The position numbers and the translations under genes are program-made. A DNA stretch of 64,000 bases from Sedimentisphaerales bacterium. GTDB lineage: Bacteria; Planctomycetota; Phycisphaerae; Sedimentisphaerales; SM23-30. Of this stretch, positions 1 through 8,605 are shown piece after piece. The stretch lies in NCBI GenBank assembly GCA_963666285.1, contig OY762711.1. One strand, given 5' to 3'. Every line of letters starts with the position of its first letter. Within the stretch, counting starts at the first letter, position 1. The notes under the pieces were generated by a model, which had not been told where the DNA came from, searched no databases, and was given only the letters and a program-made list of their open reading frames with translations.

Positions 1-708
1 GAAGCTCGCTCAATTATCGATGGCCTTGTTATCGATCAGGGCATAAAGCAGGGGCAGCTCGCTCTCAATCTGCTCGATAAAATCCTCGCTGCTAATAATA
101 TCCAAAAAGATAAAGTCTCCCGCATTGTCGCTACCGGCTATGGAAGAAATCTCATCCATTTTGCCGAAAAAACCGTTACCGAAATTACTTGTCAGGCCGC
201 CGGTATAAAACATTTTATGCCCGATGCTGTCTCAATTATCGATATCGGCGGACAGGACAGTAAATATATCCAACTCGATCCAAATGGTAACGTTCATAAC
301 TTTGCTATGAATGATCGCTGCGCCGCCGGTACCGGCAGATTCCTCGAAGTTGTCGCCACCAGGCTTGATCTTGAGCTGGAAGCATTTGGCAATTTGGCAG
401 CTGCCAGTAAAAGTGCCGCAATTATCAGCAGTATGTGTGTGGTCTTTGCCGAAACTGAAATTGTCAGCCTGCTTGCTGAAGGTGTGGCCGCTGCCGATAT
501 CGCATCTGGGGTCATGCGTGCTATTGCTTCCAGGGTGGTTGCTATGGCTGGCGGTAATGTCTCCGAACCTATCGTTTTTACCGGTGGTGTCGCCCTGGTC
601 CCCGGCATGGCTGAGGCTATAGAAGCTGTCAGCAGCAAATCAGTCTGCATTGCTCCTTCTGCCCAGTTAACTGCTGCCCTGGGTGCCGCCATTATAGCCG
701 CGAAATAA
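1..708 (+). CDS. Acyl-CoA dehydratase activase (BadF/BadG/BcrA/BcrD ATPase family), 5'-truncated by the window edge
   Basis: The frame is open from base 1 (…VATGYGR…TEITCQAAG…) into the 217..708 ORF, which has the motifs IIDIGGQDSK, MNDRCAAGTGRFLE, SSMCVVFAETE and FTGGV. Confidence 0.9.
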   Translation, partial: EARSIIDGLVIDQGIKQGQLALNLLDKILAANNIQKDKVSRIVATGYGRNLIHFAEKTVTEITCQAAGIKHFMPDAVSIIDIGGQDSKYIQLDPNGNVHNFAMNDRCAAGTGRFLEVVATRLDLELEAFGNLAAASKSAAIISSMCVVFAETEIVSLLAEGVAAADIASGVMRAIASRVVAMAGGNVSEPIVFTGGVALVPGMAEAIEAVSSKSVCIAPSAQLTAALGAAIIAAK

Positions 709-883
709 TTACTCTAATTGTGGTTTAGAACAAATTGCTTAAAAACAGGACCGGCGTTTTCCCTGATTGAAAATCAGTCTTGTCATTTTTTCACTTCTTA
801 GCAAAATTATAATGCTTTTTTGACTGCTGCCTGCATAGTATATCAAATAGGTAATATAAATTATTTATTTACTGGAGGCTCTG

Positions 884-2803
884 ATGAATTCTAAAAGATC
901 TCTTGTCTGTATACTTTTGCTGAGTTTTGTTTTAACCTTTTCCAATAATGCTTTTGCTGTCGAAAAAGAAGACTTTCTGGGCGCCTGGTTAAATAATAAC
1001 CAGTACACAGCAGGCATTACCAGGGTTCTTATCGCTGAGGGAACTCTTAGAGGACAGCTTGTTTTTAAATTTTTCGGGTCATGTTATCCTTACGAATGTG
1101 ACTGGGATACGGTATCGGTGATTTATTCCGGTAATCCTATAACTGTTATTTATACTTCTGATGCAGGTATTCATACTCTTACCCTTACTTACTCCGAAAA
1201 AACTCATATACTGCATATTCATTCTGTTTTTGAAAGACCTGGAATATCTATATTTGAGTATGATTACTATTTCTCTAAAACCTCTAAACCCGATCTAACG
1301 ATAAGGGAAATTGACCAGCCGACCAAAGTTATTACCTACGGTGAAACTCCCTGGGTTTGGTACACCTTCACAGTTCATAACCTGGGAGCTGCCTGGACCT
1401 CAACAACCAGCGAGCAGTTATACGCTAAAATTGTTAATTTGACTCGCGATGGTGAGCCGGTACTGAATGCCGGTTATTTCGATTTGTCCGGCGTGACATC
1501 TTTGGATATGGGCGAATATACCGAGCATTCTTTTGCAGTGTCCGATAGTTTATGGTCTCCCGGTTATTACAAGTTCCAGGTTATGATAGATCACGATGAT
1601 CTCATCAGCGAAGATTGGGAACATAACAATGTATCTAACTTCTTCTCACTTACGGTTCTGCCCGAGCATCAGATTGCCGGTACATGTGAATTCAATAACC
1701 TGCCGGTCCATTATTATACATCTGAAATTCCATCTTTAGTTATTTTCACTTCTCCTGGTAACAATGTTGAAGGTGCGGAATTATATTATTATCCGGAAAG
1801 CTCCGTATACGCTGTTAACAATATCCCGGAAGATATTCCTCTTTGTATCTATAGCGAAATAAATGCCGCCTCTTCTGCCTACACCTCTCTTCCCGGCAAT
1901 TACAGAACTCCGGGGAGTTATTTTACTTTATCTGATATGACATCGGCAGAGCGGGAAAATTATAGCGTTGATTATATTAAAATTATGCATATGACCAGGC
2001 CGCGGGATAATGAAAATATATCTCCATATATCGGCACTCCTCAAGATGTCTATCAGCCTGGTATTGTATTTGAATGGGCCCCGGTTCCGGGCGCTGATGA
2101 ATACACGCTTGAAATAAATTTATATAGAGATTACGAAAATCCAGGTGGCTACGGTTTCATTTCTGATATTTTGGATATTTCTACTACTGATACCAGGTAC
2201 GTCGCTGAACTGCCGTCAAACAATGAACTTGAACATTATCAAATTAAACTGATTGCATATGACAGTAACGGTGATACTATTGGCATTTGCTATACAACAT
2301 ATACTGGCGGTGTATGGTCAGTAGCTTACAGGTTCAAAGTAGATTATAACTGCTATCCCGAACTGGCAAAACCGAATCTGCATGTTGTAGATGTTAACCT
2401 GATCGAAGGTGACACGCTTATAGTATATAGCCTCGAAGTGAGCAATGTCGATATGATTCCTGATGAGTTATTTGCCTCTGCCCCTGACCTTGACCCTTGT
2501 GGCGGCAATACCGAATCTTCCAGGACCTGGGTGCGGATCTATGATATTTATGGAGGTGTACTGAAGCAGTATTGTGCCTTCAGCAGTGCTGGTGATTTGA
2601 ATATGATGAACTTTTCTTTACCGGTTGGGGACACAACGCCGTTGGCTGTTTATGCCGAACTGGAAGACCGCCGCTGCGGCATAACATATACTACCACCAT
2701 CGCTGATACTGCCTATGCCTGCCCGCTGGCCGACCTGGATGATGACTGCGCTGTCACACTATCTGATTTCAGTATCATGGCAGCTCAATGGTTAATGAAT
2801 TAG
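884..2803 (+). CDS. Secreted protein with a CARDB-like domain and a C-terminal dockerin/EF-hand-like tail
   Basis: Signal peptide (…NNAFA) and GGAGG RBS. CARDB-like pattern PDLTI…V.N.G…ID.DD.I.E..E.NN. C-terminus ADLDDDCAVTLSDFSIMAAQWL. Confidence 0.75.
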   Translation: MNSKRSLVCILLLSFVLTFSNNAFAVEKEDFLGAWLNNNQYTAGITRVLIAEGTLRGQLVFKFFGSCYPYECDWDTVSVIYSGNPITVIYTSDAGIHTLTLTYSEKTHILHIHSVFERPGISIFEYDYYFSKTSKPDLTIREIDQPTKVITYGETPWVWYTFTVHNLGAAWTSTTSEQLYAKIVNLTRDGEPVLNAGYFDLSGVTSLDMGEYTEHSFAVSDSLWSPGYYKFQVMIDHDDLISEDWEHNNVSNFFSLTVLPEHQIAGTCEFNNLPVHYYTSEIPSLVIFTSPGNNVEGAELYYYPESSVYAVNNIPEDIPLCIYSEINAASSAYTSLPGNYRTPGSYFTLSDMTSAERENYSVDYIKIMHMTRPRDNENISPYIGTPQDVYQPGIVFEWAPVPGADEYTLEINLYRDYENPGGYGFISDILDISTTDTRYVAELPSNNELEHYQIKLIAYDSNGDTIGICYTTYTGGVWSVAYRFKVDYNCYPELAKPNLHVVDVNLIEGDTLIVYSLEVSNVDMIPDELFASAPDLDPCGGNTESSRTWVRIYDIYGGVLKQYCAFSSAGDLNMMNFSLPVGDTTPLAVYAELEDRRCGITYTTTIADTAYACPLADLDDDCAVTLSDFSIMAAQWLMN

Positions 2804-2843
2804 TGTATTATTTGATTTGACTTCCGACTAAAAACATAAGGTG

Positions 2844-2882
2844 ACCTCTCAAACAGGCCATTGGTCAGTTTGAGTTAATTAT
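2844..2882. repeat. Palindromic REP-like element, family P, copy 1
   Basis: ACCTCTCAAACAGGCCATTGGTCAGTTTGAGTTAATTAT, related to 6251-6293 and (inverted) 49036-49076. Confidence 0.8.
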
Positions 2883-3446
2883 TGCTCTATGTACCACATT
2901 ATATACCGGCCCATCTGATGTCAGGTTACTGCTGAAGATTGTCAACGCTTCTACTCCCTGAACTCCAAACGGGTGTGTTACCAGGTCGTCGATTATGCTC
3001 GCTGCTTTCCGGCCGTTTTCCGAATTCTTTATTCTTGCCAGGGTGATATGCGGGCTGAACGGTTTATTCTCTTTATCGAAGCCCAGCATTTCCATATTAT
3101 CCTCAACTGAGGCAAATAGGTTTCTCAACTGCTCGGCTCCTTGTGTTAAACCGGCCCATATTACTCTCGCTGATGCCCTGGGCGGAAAATATCCGGCATT
3201 ACCAACTTCAATATCAAATGTGCTATGTTCGCTCGCAGCTTCATCGCAACCCTTGCATACATCCATTATCTTATTGTCATCCACATCGCCCAGGAACTTC
3301 ACTGTTACATGCAGGTTCTCGCTCTTGACCCATTTTATTCCCTTCTCGTAACCCCATAGCTCTGTCTGCAGCTGCTTTCGCAAAGCTGACAAATTATCTC
3401 TTATAAAACTGTCCAGTTCGACAGCGATAAAACATCTCATTGACAT
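2865..3446 (-). CDS. thpR: RNA 2',3'-cyclic phosphodiesterase (2'-5' RNA ligase family)
   Basis: MRCFIAV start, two HxT motifs (LHVTVKFLG, PHITLAR) and C-terminal S.L...GP.Y. Confidence 0.92.
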   Translation of the reverse strand: MSMRCFIAVELDSFIRDNLSALRKQLQTELWGYEKGIKWVKSENLHVTVKFLGDVDDNKIMDVCKGCDEAASEHSTFDIEVGNAGYFPPRASARVIWAGLTQGAEQLRNLFASVEDNMEMLGFDKENKPFSPHITLARIKNSENGRKAASIIDDLVTHPFGVQGVEALTIFSSNLTSDGPVYNVVHRAIINSN

Positions 3447-3728
3447 TTTCTAAGTCCTCTGTATTGGTTGACTTTCGCAGTTTCTAAGCTGCTGCAGCTA
3501 TGTGCCTTTGGTAAATCGCCTGAAAGGGCCTTCCTGCGGCCCTTATGCTTTCTAACTGATCACCGGTCAGTTAGAAAAAATAATTGTAATCCATTATTTT
3601 TCATAGATAAAGCTAAAAAAGACAGTTACAAAATTTCTACCGGTAATTTCCAATGATAATTATTGATTTAACATGATTTTTTCATTGGAATAAAATCTTA
3701 ATTGTTATAATAGAAGTATATTTTTGAG

Positions 3729-3860
3729 ATAAGCAGTCACAGGTGCGTTATTTGCGTTAGATTCTGTGCTTGCGAACCTTTTAAATAGTTCGCGATAAGC
3801 GACACCTTAGCTTATTTCTTTTTACTTATATCTTATTACTGTAACAGTGAGAACGGTTAC
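3729..3860. mobile_element. IS66-type MITE, copy A (132 bp)
   Basis: Imperfect terminal IRs (ATAAGCAGTCAC… / …GAACGGTTAC) flanked by an 8-bp direct repeat TTTTTGAG (3721-3728, 3861-3868). Homologous inverted copy at 37002-37132. Confidence 0.85.
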
Positions 3861-3905
3861 TTTTTGAGTAAAATATTTGTGCCTGTAAACGAGAGGAATT
3901 TTGCC

Positions 3906-4931
3906 ATGAAAAAGTGTATTTTCTTTGTTCTTGTTGCTTCTTGTTATCAATTGTCAGCCCAGTCTCTAATAATAGATCATAACTGTGTGAATATTAACGC
4001 TGTCCCTCTTGAATATATCCTTGCCGCCAAAGCTCAGCTTCATATTGCATACGGCCATACCTCGCACGGCAGCCAGGTAACCTCCGGTATGTCTGCTCTG
4101 GTACAATTTGCCAATAATGGCGGCAGGGGACTCGAACTGCCGGTTAATATTTTCGCCTGGAACAACGGGGGTAACGACGACGCTCTCGACCTGCATGATT
4201 ATGCCATGGGCGGCGATGTCGGTTATTATCCGCAATGGTACAACAATACCCTGTCATATCTTGCCGAACAGGATAATTCTGATGTTAATGTTATTATGTG
4301 GTCATGGTGCGGGCAGGTTGATAGTAAATATGCTTCTGGCACATTGTATTCGGAATATCTCGCCCCGATGGCTCAGCTGGAACTTATGTATCCTGATATT
4401 ACTTTTGTCTATATGACCGGCCATGTTGATATTGGGGACGATGCCAACAACAAAGCTGCTAATAATATGATTCGTGACTTCTGCAAAACATATGGCAAGG
4501 TACTCTATGATTTTGCTGATATCGAACGGTATAACCCTGATGGTAATTACTATGAATTCTGCCACGATAACTGTAATTATTATGATGCTGTCGGCGGAAC
4601 ACTTCTTGGCAATTGGGCTGCCGAATGGCAGAATTCCCATATGGAAGGTTACGACTGGTATAGTTGCAGCTCTGCTCACAGCCAGCCTTTGAATGCTAAC
4701 CAAAAAGCTTACGCTGCCTGGTGGATGTTTGCCGCACTGGCCGGCTGGCAGGGAAACTGCCAATTGGTCTCTGATATCTATAATGACAACATAATTGATA
4801 TTATGGACCTGGCGGTTCTGTCATCTCAATGGCTGACCTCCGGCGAAGATGATATCGTCGGTAATGATGGATTTACCAATCTTATCGACCTGACCGCTAT
4901 GGCAAACGAATGGCTCAAAAGCTGCCAATAA
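3906..4931 (+). CDS. Secreted protein (possible SGNH-like fold) with C-terminal dockerin-like repeats
   Basis: ATG at 3906 after a GAGAGG RBS; the track's TTG start at 3864 lies in the MITE target duplication. Signal peptide, HIAYGHTSHGSQ motif, and tail DIYNDNIIDIMDLAVLSSQWL…NDGFTNLIDLTAMANEWL. Confidence 0.7.
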   Translation: MKKCIFFVLVASCYQLSAQSLIIDHNCVNINAVPLEYILAAKAQLHIAYGHTSHGSQVTSGMSALVQFANNGGRGLELPVNIFAWNNGGNDDALDLHDYAMGGDVGYYPQWYNNTLSYLAEQDNSDVNVIMWSWCGQVDSKYASGTLYSEYLAPMAQLELMYPDITFVYMTGHVDIGDDANNKAANNMIRDFCKTYGKVLYDFADIERYNPDGNYYEFCHDNCNYYDAVGGTLLGNWAAEWQNSHMEGYDWYSCSSAHSQPLNANQKAYAAWWMFAALAGWQGNCQLVSDIYNDNIIDIMDLAVLSSQWLTSGEDDIVGNDGFTNLIDLTAMANEWLKSCQ

Positions 4932-4936
4932 AAAAA

Positions 4937-4966
4937 CGGGCAGTATATCTCTTACTGCCCGGATTT
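4937..4966. terminator. Intrinsic terminator, probably bidirectional
   Basis: Stem CGGGCAGTA/TACTGCCCG with an A-run before and a T-run after, between convergent genes. Confidence 0.75.
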
Positions 4967-5052
4967 TAATTGTTATTCACGTTTCACAGCTAAATGAACA
5001 TAACTTATTTATTCAAAGTGATATTTACTACTCTATAAAAAATTCTCTGTCA

Positions 5053-5116
5053 TTGTCTCACCTCTCACCTTTTACCTCTTACCTTTTACTTCTTCCTTCT
5101 CTCTTCTCTCTCTTCT
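5053..5116 (-). repeat. Degenerate heptamer tandem array (pyrimidine-rich on +)
   Basis: TCTCACC TCTCACC TTTTACC TCTTACC TTTTACT TCTTCCT…, the reverse complement of the (GTAAGAG)n type at 38843. Confidence 0.7.
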
Positions 5117-5907
5117 CATTCTTCCTTGTCGAGTTCCTGCTCTTTTTTCTCTATCAGCTTTTCTATTTCTTCTTCGTATTTTTCCAGGGCACCGTCGAGA
5201 TCCGCTTCCATCTCTTCGGTCAGTTCCATAATCTTATCTGACAATTTATCCTGCATCGCATAGGCAAGCTCGTTCATCTCATCTATAATATCGCTGAAAT
5301 GTTCGTTTAGGACACCTTCTTTATTTTCTATTTTCTCCAGCAGTTCATCTACGCCTTCCATCGCTGAATCCAGCTTGTCTGTATACAATTCTTCAAATTT
5401 ATCCAATACAGCCACAAGTTCATCTCGAGCTGCATCCAGCTTATCACTATATATGCTTTGCATTTCATCCAGGGCATCTTCCAACTCTTCCAGCTCTTCT
5501 CGATTTTTGATTAGCTTAAATTGTTTCTTTGTATATTCCGTTATCTTGCCCGTAGCATCCTTCAGACTGCTAGCATATTTTTTACTCTTTGTAACTACTT
5601 TTTCGGTTATCGCTTCTCCCTTTTCTGCTGCTGCGTCAACTGCCTTCATTACTTTTTGAATTGTCAGTACGTCCTGGCCTTTCAAAACCTCAAGGATATT
5701 CTTTTTTACTTCAAGAATTCCGACTGTGGTTTTAGGTGTATCTTCTTCTGCTTTCTGTTCTGTTTCGATGGTTTTGGGCTGAGATTTCCTTGCTTTTACT
5801 GTCTCGGTAATAACTTTTTTGGATTTTGCCTCTTCTGCCGTTGTTATTGTTGAGACACAGATTATAAATAAGGCTGTTATGCTGGCTATTAATAAGTTGC
5901 GGTTCAT
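5116..5907 (-). CDS. Secreted acidic coiled-coil protein with apolipoprotein-like 22-aa repeats
   Basis: Signal peptide and AGGAG RBS. Repeat LDEMQSIYSDKLDAARDELVAV / LDKFEELYTDKLDSAMEGVDEL. Confidence 0.7.
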   Translation of the reverse strand: MNRNLLIASITALFIICVSTITTAEEAKSKKVITETVKARKSQPKTIETEQKAEEDTPKTTVGILEVKKNILEVLKGQDVLTIQKVMKAVDAAAEKGEAITEKVVTKSKKYASSLKDATGKITEYTKKQFKLIKNREELEELEDALDEMQSIYSDKLDAARDELVAVLDKFEELYTDKLDSAMEGVDELLEKIENKEGVLNEHFSDIIDEMNELAYAMQDKLSDKIMELTEEMEADLDGALEKYEEEIEKLIEKKEQELDKEE

Positions 5908-6250
5908 GATTTTATCTCCTTAAAGTTATATATTTTTCTTTTCAAAAACATCCAATTTTACCAAAGACACTATGTGTTTACTTTCGCAGTTTTTAAGTTG
6001 CAAAAATCGCCTAAAAGGGCCTTCCTGTAACACTTTAATATTAAACAAAACGTGAGACGATAGTCGAACACCTTAATTTTTCATTTTTCACTATTCGTTT
6101 TTCACTTAATTGGCCCTGTTCCGGCCTTTGCGTATAATGTTGAACAGTCAAAAGTGCGCCATGCATATGATGCGAAGCATAAACCGCACTATGTTACGCA
6201 TTGGCTTTAACAAGTTGTGAGCCATTTTTCATCTTTGCCATAATACTTGA

Positions 6251-6293
6251 TACCCCTCAGGCTGACCATCGGTCAGTTTGAGTTAATTATAAC
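6251..6293. repeat. Palindromic REP-like element, family P, copy 2
   Basis: TACCCCTCAGGCTGACCATCGGTCAGTTTGAGTTAATTATAAC. Confidence 0.8.
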
Positions 6294-6608
6294 TATTCCA
6301 AATAGTATTAGCTTTTGAGTCAGCTCTCTCTTACTTCTTACTTTTCTCTTCTCGCTTTTTTCTAACCTCATCCTTTATCCTTCTACAATTGTCATTTGGA
6401 CAATTTGTGTTATAGCGCAGTATTTTATGTCCGGTTTATAGCGAAAGATATTATTTTTTTATCTTTTTTGAAACTTTTTCTTCCTTTATCAGTCTAAGAT
6501 ATCAGAAACCGAATATGAAGCTTCACAAATCAGGGAGAGATGCCCGATAATGTATGAATACGACAATGATAAATGTCTAAACCTAACAAATATAAGGAGT
6601 AAGATATA

Positions 6609-8057
6609 ATGAATATTAAAAAATGTAATATAAGTCTAATGTTAACAGTGTGTTATGCTGTTTTGTCGTTTTCCTCAAGCCTTTATTCAGCTCCCGGAGT
6701 CTCTGTAACTGTCTATAATGACAACTTTGGCGTTGTCCGAGAAGTCAGGCAGCTGGATTTTGTCTCTGGAATAAATACCATGAAGTTTACCGATGTTGCT
6801 TCTGCTATTGACCCGACCAGCGTTAGCTTCAAATGTCTGGACGCACCAGATTCGATCCGAATACTCGAGCAGAACTATGAATATGACCTGGTTAATACCG
6901 ATAGCCTGCTGAAAAGATATATTGATAAAGATGTTTCGCTTATTGTAAAAGGTACAGGCAATACCGGCTCCAAGTTGCTGCGAGGTAAATTATCTGCTTC
7001 TGTTGGTAATGACCTTATTATTGAAAGAAGTGATGGTGAACTTTCTATTATATCCAGAAATACCGTCGAATCTATCTCGCTGGAAGGCAAACCGGACGAT
7101 CTCGTTACCAAACCTACCCTTGTCTGGCTTGCTAACGCTGCCCAGGCCGGCCAAAAAGAATGCCAGGTTACCTATACCACCGGTGCTATCAACTGGAAGG
7201 CTGACTATACAGCTATACTCAATCCTGACGATACCGATCTTGACTTTAACGGATGGGTTACCATAGATAACAGAAGCGGCACGGCATATAAAGATGCAAA
7301 AATCAAACTTATCGCTGGCGATGTTCGCAGGGTTCAGGAACAGCATCCCGTCATGTATAAAACAGCTATGCCCAGAGCTATGGTACTCAATGAGGCTATG
7401 GATGCCGGTGGGTTCGAGGAAAAATCCTTCATGGAATATCATATGTACACTTTGGGCCGACCAAGTACGGTCTCTAATAATCAGACCAAGCAGATTGAAT
7501 TTATTGAGCCGGTCAAGGATGTACCATCTCAAAAGGTATTCGTCTATGAAACTGGTAGAGATTACTACTGGGCCGACCCTGACCGTAAAGGTAAGGTGCA
7601 AATAAAGATACAGTTTGAAAACAAGGAAGAATCCAAGCTTGGCATAGCTCTTCCTAAGGGCAAGGTCAGAACCTTCAAAGTCGATCCTGCCGATGGGTCG
7701 CTGGAATTTGTTGGCGAAGATACTATCGATCATACTGCCAAAAAGGAAAAAATCTCCCTTTATATCGGTAATGCATTTGATTTGGTGGTAGATGATAAGA
7801 TTGCCGAACAGAAAAATGGGAAATCCTGGAGAACTGTTACACGGGAACTAAAATTGAAAAACACTAAATCTGACGATGTTGTTATAAATGTTGATCAGAA
7901 AATCAATCGCTATCACAATTGGGAGATCGATTCTGCCAGGGTTAACGGTCAGGAACTGGACCATGAAAAGACAGATGCTGGTACTGCCAGATTTGCCGTT
8001 AAGGTGCCGGCTGATACAGAAGTGGTTCTTGTATATAAGTTTACAGCATCCTGGTAA
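6609..8057 (+). CDS. DUF4139 domain-containing secreted protein
   Basis: VTVYNDNFGVVREVR, ILEQNYEYDL, W.ADY…GWVTIDNRSG, EYHMYTL and LPKGKVR…FVGED.IDHT motifs; AAGGAG RBS. Confidence 0.85.
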   Translation: MNIKKCNISLMLTVCYAVLSFSSSLYSAPGVSVTVYNDNFGVVREVRQLDFVSGINTMKFTDVASAIDPTSVSFKCLDAPDSIRILEQNYEYDLVNTDSLLKRYIDKDVSLIVKGTGNTGSKLLRGKLSASVGNDLIIERSDGELSIISRNTVESISLEGKPDDLVTKPTLVWLANAAQAGQKECQVTYTTGAINWKADYTAILNPDDTDLDFNGWVTIDNRSGTAYKDAKIKLIAGDVRRVQEQHPVMYKTAMPRAMVLNEAMDAGGFEEKSFMEYHMYTLGRPSTVSNNQTKQIEFIEPVKDVPSQKVFVYETGRDYYWADPDRKGKVQIKIQFENKEESKLGIALPKGKVRTFKVDPADGSLEFVGEDTIDHTAKKEKISLYIGNAFDLVVDDKIAEQKNGKSWRTVTRELKLKNTKSDDVVINVDQKINRYHNWEIDSARVNGQELDHEKTDAGTARFAVKVPADTEVVLVYKFTASW

Positions 8058-8251
8058 TATTGATTGGCATAAGATTTAGAGGTTTATTCCATTTTTTATC
8101 CAATTGAGTTTACTTGCTATAAGGCATTAAAATGTCTTTTGTTAGGATAAAATAGGTTGCCGCTTTGCAGCTTTATTGTTCTGACTCTTGGCATCATATA
8201 CACGATACTTTCAATCTTAAGATCATTCTGGTTGAATAAGAGATTTTTTAT

Positions 8252-8290
8252 AGCAGGTGGCATCTATAGTGCCATCTGCTTTTTGTTTTT
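8252..8290 (+). terminator. Intrinsic terminator
   Basis: Stem AGCAGGTGGCA/TGCCATCTGCT followed by TTTTGTTTTT. Confidence 0.75.
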
Positions 8291-8605
8291 AACGGTTTCA
8301 TTGTTAGGTGGCTCAAATCCTTTATAATAATATTGATAGGGCTTGGGCCTTCCAGATATCGGATGGGATTTTTTGGCCTTTCTTTAAGATTTTTTAGTTG
8401 CAAATATTACGATACTATAATAAACTGACTATCCTGAGCACTGTATATGGTGATACTGCCAATGTACCCGCCAAAAAGCAGGTTGTGTCCTTTTTTTTAG
8501 ACCAACGCCCACCGCAGTATAACATGAATATTATTAAGCTGTTATGAGGTGCAAGTTAAGTAAATCCTTGTAGTCAAATAATTTGCTACACAAGCGGAGA
8601 ATAAT

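Noticed and set aside
3666..3693. dif-like site (TCATGTTAAAT on the - strand)
   Set aside because: Only the XerD-like arm resembles dif. The XerC arm does not match, the context is AT-rich, and the site is far from the skew switch.
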